A stretch of DNA of 60,324 nucleotides, filler included. It is 6 parts of 6 records of this genome, joined end to end, with 100 filler letters (N's around TTAATTAATTAA, not from the genome) between each part and the next. Parts side by side here need not be neighbours in the genome. Positions count along the whole stretch, not along the records: positions 24,188 to 35,671 come from SRR2962707_2056; positions 35,772 to 43,113 come from SRR2962707_2067; 4 more parts are not named here. One strand, 5' to 3'. Shown in pieces: positions 32,096 to 42,821 of the stretch. Below the pieces are notes generated by a model that saw only the letters and a list, made by a program, of their open reading frames with translations, did no database searches and was not told the DNA's origin. Numbering within the stretch: position 1 is the stretch's first letter; each line of letters opens with the position of its first letter. Made by a program: the position numbers and the translations under genes.

Positions 32096-33538
32096 ATGAA
32101 AAGCCCCTCCGTCATCAAAGACGCCGCTTACATCATCGCTTGGGATGCTGAAGCAGATGGTCACACGCTTTTGCAAAACCAAGACCTTGCCTTTGACGAA
32201 ACCGGCATTCTTCAAGTGGGGGGAACTTGGGAAGGACCGGTCGGAGAAGAGATTGACGGGTCTGAACGGCTTGTTAGCCCCGGTCTTGTCAACATCCACT
32301 CTCACCCCTCTTCGGAGGCCATGAACAAGGGCATGCTGGATGAGCTTGGCTCTCCGGGTTTGCGGATGTCGTCGCTATATGAATTCATGCCGCTGTTTCG
32401 CCCCGACGCGCAGGGCACCCCTTTTGCCACCCGCGTTGCTTACTCCGAACTCGCGTTGTCCGGCGTGACAACCGTGGTCGATTTGTCCGTCCCTTACGAA
32501 AGCTGGCTTGATCTGGCGGAGCAATCCGGTCTGCGCGTTGTCGTTGCCCCGATGTACCGCTCGGCGCGCTGGTTCACCAAGACCGGCCACTCCGTCGAAT
32601 ACGAATGGGCCGACGATGACGGTCGCGGGGTGATGGATGAGGCGCTGAAAGTTGTCGATGACTCTATCGCGCACCCATGTGGCCGTTTATCGGGCATGAT
32701 TGCACCGGCGCAGATCGACACGTGTTCCGCTGAACTGATCACGGACAGCTTCGCAGCGGCGAAATCGCGTGGTATAAAAATGCAGATCCATGCGGCGCAA
32801 AGCATGGTCGAGTTCAATGAGATTACAGCGCGTCACGGCCGAACGCCGATTGAATGGCTTGATGATCTGGGCGTGTTGACGGATGGCGTAATTATTGGCC
32901 ACGGCATATTCCTGAATGATCACCCATGGACCGCTTGGCCTGGTGCCGAGGATTTCGAGACCCTCAAAAATTCAGGGGCTGCCGTCGCACATTGTCCGAC
33001 AGTATTTCAACGCCGTGGTGTCACCATGAATACATTTGGTCGCTACATCCGCAATGGCATCCCCATGGGGATTGGCACTGATACCTATCCGCACAACATG
33101 CTTGAAGAAATTCGCCACGCGTTGATAAACTCGCGGATCATTTCCAAAAACCCCTACGATCTGCGTACCACCACCGCCTTCGATGCAGCAACGACCGGCG
33201 GCGCAACGGTATTGGGGATGGATGATATCGGAAAACTGGCGCCTGGGATGAAATCAGATCTCTTTATGGCTGATATCACCCACCGTGCGATGCGGCCGTT
33301 ACGCGATCCATTGGCCTCGTTGATTTATGTCGCAGGTGAACGGGCCGTCACCGACACATTCGTGGACGGTAAAGCTTTGGTGCGCGACGGTGTGATGACC
33401 ACTTTCGATCTGGACGATGCACTTGACGGTCTTGAAGCGGCTCAAGCCCGCGCTGCCGAGATGTTTCAGACACTCGATTTCCGCAACCGCACCCATCACG
33501 AAGCAGCCCCAATCAATTATCTACGAGCCGATTTATGA
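32096..33538 (+). CDS. Amidohydrolase superfamily enzyme (SsnA/AtzA/deaminase-like)
   Basis: [37 protein letters not shown]. Confidence 0.87.
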   Translation: MKSPSVIKDAAYIIAWDAEADGHTLLQNQDLAFDETGILQVGGTWEGPVGEEIDGSERLVSPGLVNIHSHPSSEAMNKGMLDELGSPGLRMSSLYEFMPLFRPDAQGTPFATRVAYSELALSGVTTVVDLSVPYESWLDLAEQSGLRVVVAPMYRSARWFTKTGHSVEYEWADDDGRGVMDEALKVVDDSIAHPCGRLSGMIAPAQIDTCSAELITDSFAAAKSRGIKMQIHAAQSMVEFNEITARHGRTPIEWLDDLGVLTDGVIIGHGIFLNDHPWTAWPGAEDFETLKNSGAAVAHCPTVFQRRGVTMNTFGRYIRNGIPMGIGTDTYPHNMLEEIRHALINSRIISKNPYDLRTTTAFDAATTGGATVLGMDDIGKLAPGMKSDLFMADITHRAMRPLRDPLASLIYVAGERAVTDTFVDGKALVRDGVMTTFDLDDALDGLEAAQARAAEMFQTLDFRNRTHHEAAPINYLRADL

Positions 33539-34518
33539 CCCCCCTTCTTGAGGTTCGTAATCTGCAGGTGGAATTCAATACGGACACCGGATCCTTCAAG
33601 GCCGTGGACGGTGTTAGTTTTACGGTCAACCGCGGGGCTACATTAGGTATCGTGGGCGAGTCTGGCTGCGGGAAGTCGGTCACCTCCTTAGGGATTATGG
33701 GACTGATACCAACGCCGCCCGGACGGTACGTTGGCGGAGAAGTCCTGTTTGAGGGGCGAGACCTGCTGACCATGCCCAATTCCGAACGCCGCGCGCTACG
33801 CGGCGGTCGCATGGGTATGGTTTTTCAAGAACCTATGACATCTTTGAACCCAGTTTACACTGTCGGCGCGCAGATCACCGAATGTCTGCATGCACATGGC
33901 ACGACCAACCGTCGCGAGGCGCGCGAACGCGCAATCGAACTCCTTGATTTGGTCCGGCTGCCCTCGCCGTCGAAACGCGTAAATGATTTCCCCCATCAGT
34001 TGTCCGGCGGTCAGCGCCAGCGCGTCATGATCGCGCTTGCCTTGGCCAATGACCCAGACTTGCTGATCGCTGATGAGCCAACGACGGCGTTGGATGTCAC
34101 AATCCAAGCGCAAATCCTTGATTTGATGCGTGATCTTTCAGACAGAACTGGCGCTGCCATTATGCTCATCACCCATGACCTCGGGGTCGTCGCAGAAACA
34201 TGTGACGATGTCGTCGTAATGTACGCCGGCAAAGTCGTTGAACGAGCACCCGCTCGCGATCTCTTCAACGGACCCATGCACCCCTACACGCTTGGTCTGA
34301 TGGCTGCGGTGCCAAGGCTGGATACCAATTCCGACCGGTTGGAAACCATTCCGGGGTCCGTCCCGCCCCCTTGGGCCATGCCTGCCGGCTGTCGTTTCGC
34401 ATCCCGCTGCCCCCTTGCCACTGACGAGTGCCGAGCCAGCCAACCCCCCTTACGCAAAATCGGAAAAGACTGGCTAGTCGCGTGCTGGCGTGCGCCGATC
34501 GAGGAGATATCAGCATGA
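33535..34518 (+). CDS. Dpp/Opp ABC transporter ATP-binding protein (DppD-like)
   Basis: [26 protein letters not shown]-terminal GCRF..RC. Confidence 0.95.
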   Translation: MTPLLEVRNLQVEFNTDTGSFKAVDGVSFTVNRGATLGIVGESGCGKSVTSLGIMGLIPTPPGRYVGGEVLFEGRDLLTMPNSERRALRGGRMGMVFQEPMTSLNPVYTVGAQITECLHAHGTTNRREARERAIELLDLVRLPSPSKRVNDFPHQLSGGQRQRVMIALALANDPDLLIADEPTTALDVTIQAQILDLMRDLSDRTGAAIMLITHDLGVVAETCDDVVVMYAGKVVERAPARDLFNGPMHPYTLGLMAAVPRLDTNSDRLETIPGSVPPPWAMPAGCRFASRCPLATDECRASQPPLRKIGKDWLVACWRAPIEEISA

Positions 34519-35630
34519 CCGAAGCAGTTATCATCACTGAGCCAACACCGGTTCTGGAAGTTACTGGCTTGACCAAACACTTTCCGTTAAGTGGCGGTTT
34601 CCTCAAGAGATCCAAGTCCGTTGTTCAGGCCGTATCAGACGTGTCGTTTTCAGTCGCGAGCGGTGAAACACTTGCCATAGTCGGAGAATCCGGCTGTGGT
34701 AAATCAACCACTGGCCGTGCACTGCTGCGTCTTTTGGAACCGACCTCCGGCTCGGTCAAGCTGGATGGCGAGGACATATCGCAGCTGCCTTCCAACCGGC
34801 TTCAGGCGCTGCGACGCAATATGCAGATGGTGTTTCAAGACCCCTTCGGATCGCTGAACCCTCGCATGACGATACGCGAAACACTGATGGAGCCGCTGCT
34901 GCTTCACAACATCGCCACGGGACACCGCGCCCATGAAACTGTCGACAAACTATTGGTACGGGTCGGGTTGGCCCCTCACCACGCGGACCGCTACCCGCAC
35001 GAATTTTCGGGCGGTCAGCGCCAAAGGGTTTGCATCGCCCGTGCCATTTCCACCCGTCCTCGTCTCATCGTCTGTGACGAACCGGTGTCGGCGTTGGACG
35101 TGTCAGTGCAGGCGCAAATCGTGAACCTCATGCAGGATTTGCAACGCGACTTCGGAATGGCCTATATTTTCGTCTCGCACGACCTATCCGTTGTTCGCCA
35201 TATCGCAGACCGCGTTGCGGTGATGTATCTTGGTCGTATTGTTGAAGAAGCGCCTGCCGAAACGCTGTTCGCCGATCCGCGCCACCCCTATACCCGTGCC
35301 CTAATACAAGCAGCACCCCGCCCCGTTGCAGGTCTAAGGGCAGCCTCAGAGCCCCCCACTGGCGAAGCGCCATCCGCCCTCGATCCCGGACCAGGATGTG
35401 CGTTTGCGACGCGCTGCCCTTTGGCAACTGAATTGTGCCGAGAAAAGAGGCCTGAAATTGGCACTGCCGATGACGGACCCTCTCGCATTGCATGCCATCA
35501 TGCAAATCAACGCGCGCCAATGGTATTTCCACCCGCACCACCACCGACCCCCGCCCTGGCGGCACGGCTTGAAATCATGGCTCGTGCGCGAAAATTGGTA
35601 ACACAAGACCGTTCGGACTGCGGGTGTTGA
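34515..35630 (+). CDS. Dpp/Opp ABC transporter ATP-binding protein (DppF-like)
   Basis: [35 protein letters not shown] before ATG 34515. Confidence 0.95.
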   Translation: MTEAVIITEPTPVLEVTGLTKHFPLSGGFLKRSKSVVQAVSDVSFSVASGETLAIVGESGCGKSTTGRALLRLLEPTSGSVKLDGEDISQLPSNRLQALRRNMQMVFQDPFGSLNPRMTIRETLMEPLLLHNIATGHRAHETVDKLLVRVGLAPHHADRYPHEFSGGQRQRVCIARAISTRPRLIVCDEPVSALDVSVQAQIVNLMQDLQRDFGMAYIFVSHDLSVVRHIADRVAVMYLGRIVEEAPAETLFADPRHPYTRALIQAAPRPVAGLRAASEPPTGEAPSALDPGPGCAFATRCPLATELCREKRPEIGTADDGPSRIACHHANQRAPMVFPPAPPPTPALAARLEIMARARKLVTQDRSDCGC

Positions 35631-35671
35631 GTGCTTTGGTGGGTATTGCCAAGTTGTTTTTAGCGGGCTGC

Positions 35672-35771
35672 NNNNNNNNNNNNNNNNNNNNNNNNNNNNN
35701 NNNNNNNNNNNNNNNTTAATTAATTAANNNNNNNNNNNNNNNNNNNNNNNNNNNNNNNNNNNNNNNNNNNN
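35672..35771. other. Artificial contig spacer
   Basis: 44 N + TTAATTAATTAA + 44 N. Confidence 0.98.
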
Positions 35772-35817
35772 GTCCTGACCGGGTTGGCGAGCGGTCCGTC
35801 CGCAGCCAGCCTCTCGC
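35772..35817 (-). ncRNA. ffs: SRP (4.5S) RNA, 5' half, truncated at contig edge
   Basis: Minus strand reads GCGAGAGGCTGGCTGCGGACGGACCGCTCGCCAACCCGGTCAGGAC, matching alphaproteobacterial SRP RNA up to the conserved TCAGG.CCGGAAGG core. Upstream TTGCGT-N17-GATATA promoter-like spacing. Confidence 0.8.
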
Positions 35818-36007
35818 CCCCTATATCGCGCAGCAGACAGTAAAACGCAAGTGTTGGCTTGGATTTTTTCGATCCTCGCGCAATCGTGGCTTTTTACCGG
35901 GCTGCCAGCGCGCTAATGTCGGGCACCGTTGCCCCGGAAAATACCGCCCGGACAGCAGCTTGCCTGCGATGTTGGTCGGTAAATGGAATTTAAGGATACG
36001 CGATCTT

Positions 36008-36934
36008 ATGGACAGGCTGTTTTACGAATCCGTTGATCTTGATCGTGATGCGGTGCTGCGAAAGTCAGTAAACTGGCGCCAGAGTCTGCTGGTCGAAGAC
36101 TCGTTACGTATTTTGATCTGCTATGACGGTGATCCGCTTTTTGCCTGGCCCGAAGACATGGATGCGCATGAGCTTGTGGTGATTGGTGGTTTGGCAATCC
36201 GGCATCTGGACGTCGATCTTGAGGCCGCCCAATGGATTTATCTTGGACGCGATGGCATTGGCCCCGTGATGGCCGTGGATATTGCGTCGGTCATTTCGGA
36301 TCGGGAGGAAGCCGTGCGCCGCCTTGGTGGCGGGTTTGGCGATATGCGCACCCGTATGGCGGCTCTTTCAAGTGACGAGGCGGCCCTTGCCGCACAGGCG
36401 CGCGCCCTTTTTAACTGGCATCGCGGGCATCAATTCTGTGGGGCATGTGGCCATGCAAACCGTGTTGCCGAGGCCGGGTATCGTCTTGAGTGTAGCAATC
36501 CTGATTGTGGAAAATCGCATTTCCCGCGCACGGATCCGGCTGTCATTATGCTGATCCATCACGAAGATCACGTTCTTTTGGCCCGGTCACCGCAATTTCT
36601 GCCCAATATGGTTTCGGTTTTGGCAGGGTTTGTGGAACCCGGTGAAACGCTTGAACAGGCGGTGGCGCGTGAGGTTTATGAAGAGGTTGGCATTCGCGTC
36701 AAACGCCCGAAATATGTGGCATCCCAGCCTTGGCCGTTTCCCGGATCATTGATGTTGGGGTTTGTAGCAGAGGCAGAAACCACAGATATCACCATTGATC
36801 AGGATGAAATCGAATTTGCCATGTGGGTGCATCGTGATGAGGTCCCGAACCTGCCAGAAAAGGGCATAAATTTGCCGCGTCCAATTTCTATTGCACGCTA
36901 CCTTCTGGAAAACTGGCAGGACCGCCGTATATAA
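36008..36934 (+). CDS. nudC: NAD(+)/NADH diphosphatase NudC
   Basis: FCGACG...C....CG zinc site, FPRTDPAVI, Nudix box GFVEPGETLEQAVAREVYEEVG, SQPWPFP. Confidence 0.95.
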   Translation: MDRLFYESVDLDRDAVLRKSVNWRQSLLVEDSLRILICYDGDPLFAWPEDMDAHELVVIGGLAIRHLDVDLEAAQWIYLGRDGIGPVMAVDIASVISDREEAVRRLGGGFGDMRTRMAALSSDEAALAAQARALFNWHRGHQFCGACGHANRVAEAGYRLECSNPDCGKSHFPRTDPAVIMLIHHEDHVLLARSPQFLPNMVSVLAGFVEPGETLEQAVAREVYEEVGIRVKRPKYVASQPWPFPGSLMLGFVAEAETTDITIDQDEIEFAMWVHRDEVPNLPEKGINLPRPISIARYLLENWQDRRI

Positions 36935-37025
36935 AAGGGACGCGTTATGCGCCCGCGCCGTGGCCAAATGGTTGGGTCGCCGGGGGCGTACGGTTCATTG
37001 ATCCGAGAATAGCGGGAAAGATGTA

Positions 37026-37826
37026 GTGGCAGCTTTTCGAATAATTCGACATTTTTGCATCATGCTTGCAGCACTTCTGGCGGCGTTTTTTACCGATGGC
37101 GGTGCACCGGCAAAGGCGGCCGAGCCTGTTACGGTTAAAGTCGGTGCGTATGAATACGGCGTTGTTTATTATTTCGAAAATGGCAAACCAAACGGCATGG
37201 TTCCATTGCTGATCGGGCTTCTGAACGGGTTGCAGGACGACTATGAGTTTCAGCTTGTCGAAACATCGTCACGCAGACGCTATAAGGCTCTGGCGGATGG
37301 GGATGTTGATCTTCTGTTGCTCGAAAGTGCGCAATGGGACTGGCAGGACTACGCTGTGCGATTTTCTGACAAGATCGTTACAGAGAAAGATGTTTATGTA
37401 ACCCAAAGCAGCACGGCGAAAACAGATGATCCGTTTGCCGATGTCACCAATCAGTCGATCCTGTGCGTGCTGGGGTTCCATTATGGTTTTGCCAAGTTCA
37501 ACTCTGATCCGGAATTCCTGAAACAATCTTATGACGTGTTGCTGCGCTATAACGAAAAGGAAGTCCTGAACGGTGTTTTGGCCCGCGAAGCGCCAATTGG
37601 CATTGTTTCAGCAGGTTTTCTTGCCCGTGAATTGGCGGCAACGCCGGGATTGGGGGACCTTATTACCGTCGGTGTGCAACCCGACGCCATGTATGACCTT
37701 GTGTCGGTCATTGCCGATCAATCGGTCATTCCTGTTGCTGATTTTGATCAGATGATTGAAAAATTGCAGGCAACCGGCGAGGTGCAGCGCCTTTGGCAGG
37801 AACTTCATGCCAACACGTCGGGTTAA
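37026..37826 (+). CDS. Orphan periplasmic substrate-binding-like protein (SBP family 3-like)
   Basis: Signal peptide (AKA-AE); RRYKALADGDVDL and GFHYGFA motifs. Confidence 0.65.
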   Translation: MAAFRIIRHFCIMLAALLAAFFTDGGAPAKAAEPVTVKVGAYEYGVVYYFENGKPNGMVPLLIGLLNGLQDDYEFQLVETSSRRRYKALADGDVDLLLLESAQWDWQDYAVRFSDKIVTEKDVYVTQSSTAKTDDPFADVTNQSILCVLGFHYGFAKFNSDPEFLKQSYDVLLRYNEKEVLNGVLAREAPIGIVSAGFLARELAATPGLGDLITVGVQPDAMYDLVSVIADQSVIPVADFDQMIEKLQATGEVQRLWQELHANTSG

Positions 37827-37880
37827 GTCCGACAAAGTTTCCGTGCTTTGGCACTGCCCGACTGCGTAATCACACAACAT

Positions 37881-38249
37881 TTAATCCAGTGGCGGAATGC
37901 GGGCGATGACATTGCGGCGCAGGCTGTCGGGGCGTTCACGCCATGCGACAATGCCGTTGTCACTTTCGCTATATCGGATCGCAAGATCGCATAGATCCTC
38001 GATCATCGTATCGGGATCAACGTTGCCATAGACATACCCCCATTTCGCAGCACCACTAAAGGCAACAGAACAGCCAGACTTGCAGTTGGTCAGACATTCC
38101 GCCGGGTGCAGGTCAAAAGGCACATCACGTTCGGCACAGGCGGTTTTTACCCGTTCAAACAGAACCTTGCCGTCGCGGGGATCACTTTGGCCGTCGGCGG
38201 CGGAAAAGGTACAGGTGACACAGATGTTCAGGCGTGGTTTGGCGGTCAT
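37881..38249 (-). CDS. DUF1636 family putative metal-binding protein
   Basis: ICVTC, ECLTNC..GCSVA, KWGYVYG, W.ERP...R..VIARIPP. Confidence 0.85.
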   Translation of the reverse strand: MTAKPRLNICVTCTFSAADGQSDPRDGKVLFERVKTACAERDVPFDLHPAECLTNCKSGCSVAFSGAAKWGYVYGNVDPDTMIEDLCDLAIRYSESDNGIVAWRERPDSLRRNVIARIPPLD

Positions 38250-38299
38250 TGGGGCAATCTTTGTTGATTAATGTAGGGGTATGATGGCGCGGCATCCAA

Positions 38300-39178
38300 T
38301 CAGCTTGCGGCCTGTCTGGTCAAGTCATCATCCAGATTTCGGTTGAGATAATCCTGTATCACGATGGCAAGTTGCCGGTCGACCAGCGGATGGGATGCTT
38401 CGGCAAGCATCAAGGCAACCCCGACTGCCGGAAGGGGCGGAAAACCATCACGCGCCTCAAGAACCTGAAACTCATCGGAAACACTGGCCGCGGCAAGTGT
38501 TGCGACACCAAGTCCGTCGCGTACCAGGTGCAACAGGGACGCGGCCTGTCGGGATGTGGCAAACAGGGTATAGGGGCGATCCGATTTTGAAATGGCATCA
38601 AGCGCCCATGCATGAAACTTGCAATCCTCGGCCGGTAAAACCAGTGGCAAGGGATCAAGTTCATGCTGTTTGTGGATCGGGGATGTGACCCAGACGCCGG
38701 GTTCATGACGCAGGAAGTATCCTTCTTCGCCGGTTTCCGACCGGCTAATGATCGACAGGTCCAATTCCCCCTGATCGAGCATCCGGCGCAGAAGGATTGT
38801 CGGATTGACCGAAACAAAGAATTTTGCGGCGGGGTGGGCTTTCTGGATACCGCGCAGGACCAATGGCAGGATTTTCTGCGCATAGTCATCCGGGCAACCA
38901 ATGCGGATCGGACGTGACGCATCCTGTGTTCGCAACTTGCCCATGGCCTCATCCTGAAGCGACAAGATACGCCGGGCATATCCGACAAAGGTGATGCCAT
39001 CCGGGGTTAAAAGAACATTGCGGCCATCGCGTTCAAACAGTTTGTTGTCGACCAGTTCTTCAAGCCGTTTCATCTGCATGGAAAAGGCCGATGGCGTGCG
39101 GCCAATCCGGTCAGCTGCTCGGTTAAAGCTGCCCGATTCGGCAAAGGCGACAAAGCTGCGCAGCAGGTCAGAATCCAT
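38300..39178 (-). CDS. LysR family transcriptional regulator
   Basis: LLRSFVAFAESGSFNRAA...TPSAFSMQMKRLEE HTH; divergent from a GST gene. Confidence 0.95.
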   Translation of the reverse strand: MDSDLLRSFVAFAESGSFNRAADRIGRTPSAFSMQMKRLEELVDNKLFERDGRNVLLTPDGITFVGYARRILSLQDEAMGKLRTQDASRPIRIGCPDDYAQKILPLVLRGIQKAHPAAKFFVSVNPTILLRRMLDQGELDLSIISRSETGEEGYFLRHEPGVWVTSPIHKQHELDPLPLVLPAEDCKFHAWALDAISKSDRPYTLFATSRQAASLLHLVRDGLGVATLAAASVSDEFQVLEARDGFPPLPAVGVALMLAEASHPLVDRQLAIVIQDYLNRNLDDDLTRQAAS

Positions 39179-39321
39179 AATGGCCTCTATGATCAGAATG
39201 ATTGATCAATGAAATTGAATAGTTGCGTCAAAACTATTCGATTGTTTGCCAATCATCCAGCCGCAAATATCAAACCCGGCCGGCCAATGCTTTTCACGCA
39301 TGTGCCACAAGGACATTTACA

Positions 39322-39930
39322 ATGATTTTGAACGACTATTTGCTTTCGGGAAACGGCTACAAGGTTCGTTTGCTGCTGTCGATGATGGGAACGGCGTTTG
39401 ACTATGTCGAACGCGACATCATGAAAGGGGAAACCCGGACGCCAGAATATCTGGAAAAGATCAATCCAAACGGCAAGATCCCGGCGCTTGTTCTGGATGA
39501 TGGTCGGGTTTTGGCCGAAAGCAACGCGATCCTCACCTATCTGGCCGAGGGAACGAACTTCGTGCCAGATGACCGTTTTGAGCGTGCGGAAATGATGGGG
39601 TGGTTGTTCTTTGAACAGTACGACCATGAACCCAATATTGCGGTGTTGATTTCCTGGTATGAGATCAAGGGATTACCCGAAAATGCCGATATTCTGGCGC
39701 CAATGAAGCAGGCCGGGGCCAAACGTGCGCTTGATCTGATGGAAAAACGTCTATCAAGCCGTAACTGGCTGGTGGGAGATGCTCTGAGCATCGCTGATAT
39801 CTCGCTCTATGCCTATACCCATCGCGCAGAGCTCGGAAAAATCAGTCTTTCGGGGTATCCGGGCATTCGGGCTTGGCTTGACCGCATAGAAGCTTTGCCG
39901 GGGTACGTCCCCATCACCTGGACGCCATAG
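39322..39930 (+). CDS. Glutathione S-transferase family protein
   Basis: SGNGYKVRL, NPNGKIPAL, ESNAIL.YLA, SIADISLYAYT. Confidence 0.93.
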   Translation: MILNDYLLSGNGYKVRLLLSMMGTAFDYVERDIMKGETRTPEYLEKINPNGKIPALVLDDGRVLAESNAILTYLAEGTNFVPDDRFERAEMMGWLFFEQYDHEPNIAVLISWYEIKGLPENADILAPMKQAGAKRALDLMEKRLSSRNWLVGDALSIADISLYAYTHRAELGKISLSGYPGIRAWLDRIEALPGYVPITWTP

Positions 39931-39940
39931 GTCGCCGATA

Positions 39941-40040
39941 AAAAGCAGCCGCCACAGACCGCAGGGGCCAACATGCTTGGAGGAATATGTGTCTGCGGCG
40001 GCTGAAAAGCCCTTGTGCGATTAAGGGGAAACACAAGGGC
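39941..40040 (-). terminator. Two tandem hairpins between convergent GST genes (terminator; possible sRNA)
   Basis: GCCCTTGTG/CACAAGGGC (40009-40040) and CAGCCGCCACAGAC/GTCTGCGGCGGCTG (39946-40004); U-run follows on the minus strand. Confidence 0.6.
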
Positions 40041-40054
40041 GGCGATAAAACAGA

Positions 40055-40723
40055 TCAGGCGGATTTCAGAATCTGATCTGGCAGCAACGGGTCGGTTTGG
40101 GCGGCGGAGCTTCGGGCCTTGAAACGCGTAAAAGCGGCTTTCACATTCGGAGCGTTCGCAATCATCTCTGGCCCGCCGGGCATGGCATTGAGGTAATGGA
40201 GCATCGGCATGATCATCATGTCGGGGATGGTAAAGCGGTCGCCAAAAAGCCAGCCATCGACGTAAGCATCATCGAGAACCCCAAGGTCGTGGGCAATAAG
40301 ATCGCCCATCTGGTTCATGCGCACGGCGAAGCCCGGATCGTGGCGCTGTTTGGTGTCGGCAAAAACCATTGGGATAACAAAGTTCCGGATAATGTTTTGA
40401 TCCAGCCGGGTCATGGCAAGGCTGATCCACTGGTTCATCAGGGCGATTTTTTCTGTGTGAACCGGTCGTAAAAGTGGGCCTGAAAATGTGTCGTCTATAT
40501 ACCGGCAGATGGCCGCTGTTTCATACAAAACCAACTTTCCATGAACCAAGACAGGTACTTTGCCAAACGGATTACGATTGGAGACCTCCGGCGTTGCGCG
40601 CTGCCCGGGGAGCTGCACATTTCGAGTGCTGAACTCAAACGGGATTTCTTTTTCGATACAGGCGATGCGGACCGTGCGCGTCAAGCTGCTGCGGGGCATT
40701 CCGATGATCATCAATTCAGACAT
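40055..40723 (-). CDS. Glutathione S-transferase family protein
   Basis: NPFGKVPVL.HG..LYETAAICRYID, FTIPD. AAGGA RBS before ATG 40723. Confidence 0.9.
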   Translation of the reverse strand: MSELMIIGMPRSSLTRTVRIACIEKEIPFEFSTRNVQLPGQRATPEVSNRNPFGKVPVLVHGKLVLYETAAICRYIDDTFSGPLLRPVHTEKIALMNQWISLAMTRLDQNIIRNFVIPMVFADTKQRHDPGFAVRMNQMGDLIAHDLGVLDDAYVDGWLFGDRFTIPDMMIMPMLHYLNAMPGGPEMIANAPNVKAAFTRFKARSSAAQTDPLLPDQILKSA

Positions 40724-40807
40724 GCTGTCTTCCTTTGCTGCGAGGGTTCCCATTGCCGTTCGTGCAATGTCCGGTGAAGGGAACTTGCAGACAGGATTAA
40801 CGAGGAC

Positions 40808-40831
40808 ATAATATGTTCAAGAACATATTAT
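40808..40831. promoter_or_regulatory. Putative TetR operator ATAATATGTTC-AA-GAACATATTAT
   Basis: Perfect 11-bp inverted repeat between the divergent GST and TetR genes. Confidence 0.75.
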
Positions 40832-40889
40832 CAGGATGTGTCATTGTTTTTGGATCGGCCGCAAAACCACGTTCAAACGGATCTGACAA

Positions 40890-41603
40890 ATGCCCTACAG
40901 TCCCGCCCATAAACCCAAAACCCGTATTCGCATCCTGAATGCGGCAACGGCCCTGTTTAAAAAGAACGGGTTTGAGAACGTGACAATTGATCAGGTCATG
41001 GCCGAGGCGGGGCTAACGCGCGGTGGGTTTTATGCGCATTTCAAAAACAAGGAAGACCTGTTTGTTGCCTGCGTTGAAAACGGCATGTCGCTTTTATCCT
41101 CGCCAATACTGGCAAAGCTGCGCAAAGCGGAACGGGCCGGTGGGGATTGGGTGACATCCTTTGCCGAGCTGTATTTGTCGCGGGTGCACATTGAAAATCC
41201 GGAACTGGGCTGTGCATTGCCAACCCTGTCAGCCGAAGTTTCCCGATCCGGGGTTCGCGCGCAGGAAGCCTTTTCAAAACTGATCAATCAGGCGTCTGAA
41301 AAACTGGCATGGAAGCTGGCAAAAGAAGACGACGTACCGGGTATTGACCGCCACATTGATCTCAAATCAGAGCAGAAATTGCGCAACGTGCCAGTTCAAT
41401 ACGAACAGGATGCTACCGCAATGCTGGCGATGATGGTTGGTGCTGTTGTTCTCAGCCGTGCGGTTGATGATGAAACTGCCGACAAGGTTCTGGCGGCAAC
41501 ACGCGACAGTATCCCGAACTTTCGCCATAAAACGGATGAGACGGACGGCGCGGACAACGTCGGATCAGGAAAAGGTCCGGTTGCCGTCGCTCAGTCGTCT
41601 TAG
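40890..41603 (+). CDS. TetR/AcrR family transcriptional regulator
   Basis: ILNAA..LF...GF..VTIDQVM.EAGLTRGGFYAHFKNKEDL. Confidence 0.95.
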   Translation: MPYSPAHKPKTRIRILNAATALFKKNGFENVTIDQVMAEAGLTRGGFYAHFKNKEDLFVACVENGMSLLSSPILAKLRKAERAGGDWVTSFAELYLSRVHIENPELGCALPTLSAEVSRSGVRAQEAFSKLINQASEKLAWKLAKEDDVPGIDRHIDLKSEQKLRNVPVQYEQDATAMLAMMVGAVVLSRAVDDETADKVLAATRDSIPNFRHKTDETDGADNVGSGKGPVAVAQSS

Positions 41604-41622
41604 CCAGTCATCAGGTCAGAAA

Positions 41623-42762
41623 TCAGTCAAAGAAGCCGTCAAGAATCTCGCCATAGATGGCGACAAGGTTGTCAATATCCTCGACCATCGCATGCTCATC
41701 AACTTTGTGCATGCTTTGACCCACAAGGCCAAACTCCGCGACCTCGCAATACTTCTGAATGAAACGGGCATCGGATGTGCCGCCAGTGGTGCTCATCTCC
41801 GGGCGCTTGCCCGTGATTTTTTCCGATGAATCGGCAATCAGGTTGGCGAGCTTGCCGGGGGTGGATAGGAATGCGTCGCCAGAGATTTTGACCTTTAGCT
41901 CATGCGCGCCAGCATGCTCGGCGCAGACATCCTTGATCCATTTTTCAAGATCGACACCGGTGTGCAGGTCGTTGAAACGGATGTTAAAGGCGGCAGAAAC
42001 TTTGGCCGGGACAACGTTGGTGGCACTGTTGCCAGCATCAACGGTGGTGACTTCAAGATTGCTGGGCTGGAAATGGTCGGTGCCCTGATCAAGCGCGCGG
42101 GCGTTAAGAACATCAAGAACCTTGATCATGCGCGGCACCGGATTGTCGGCCAGATGCGGATAGGCCACGTGACCCTGTGCGCCATAAATTGTCAGCCAGC
42201 CGGTAATTGATCCGCGACGGCCAATTTTCATCATTTCACCGAGATATTTCGGGTTGGTCGGTTCCCCCACCAGACAGGTATTGAACTTTTCGCCCTGCTG
42301 GTCACACCATTCGATCAGTCTGACTGTTCCATTGAAAGCATCAGCTTCTTCGTCGCCGGTGATCAGGAAACTGATGGATTCGTCGAAATCCGGATGTGCG
42401 GCCAAAAACGCATCCACCCCGCCAACAAAACAGGCAATGCCAGTTTTCATGTCAACCGCACCACGCCCAAACAGACGGCCGTCTTTAACCTCGCCGCCAA
42501 ACGGATCGACGGTCCATGCGTCACGGTCGCCTGCTGGCACAACATCGGTGTGCCCGGCAAAACAGAAATTGCGGCCCTTGGTGCCCAGACGGGCATAGAG
42601 ATTGTCAATCGCATCACTGCCATTGCCGTCAAACACCTTGCGTTTACAGTCAAACCCACGGGCTTGGAGCGCCTGTTGCAGAACGTCTAGCGCACCCGCA
42701 TCAGCCGGGGTGACAGACGGGCAACGGATCAGGGACTGGGCAAGTTCAAGGGCGACGGACAT
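41623..42762 (-). CDS. dapE: Succinyl-diaminopimelate desuccinylase
   Basis: FAGHTDVVP, GRGAVDMK, TGDEE, GEPT, GRRGS, QGHVAYP, GGTSDARFI; follows dapD. Confidence 0.96.
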   Translation of the reverse strand: MSVALELAQSLIRCPSVTPADAGALDVLQQALQARGFDCKRKVFDGNGSDAIDNLYARLGTKGRNFCFAGHTDVVPAGDRDAWTVDPFGGEVKDGRLFGRGAVDMKTGIACFVGGVDAFLAAHPDFDESISFLITGDEEADAFNGTVRLIEWCDQQGEKFNTCLVGEPTNPKYLGEMMKIGRRGSITGWLTIYGAQGHVAYPHLADNPVPRMIKVLDVLNARALDQGTDHFQPSNLEVTTVDAGNSATNVVPAKVSAAFNIRFNDLHTGVDLEKWIKDVCAEHAGAHELKVKISGDAFLSTPGKLANLIADSSEKITGKRPEMSTTGGTSDARFIQKYCEVAEFGLVGQSMHKVDEHAMVEDIDNLVAIYGEILDGFFD

Positions 42763-42821
42763 ATGGAATTCTCTTGGTTTTCGGTGAAATAGGTGGGGTT
42801 TCACAACGAGCATTGGCGAAC

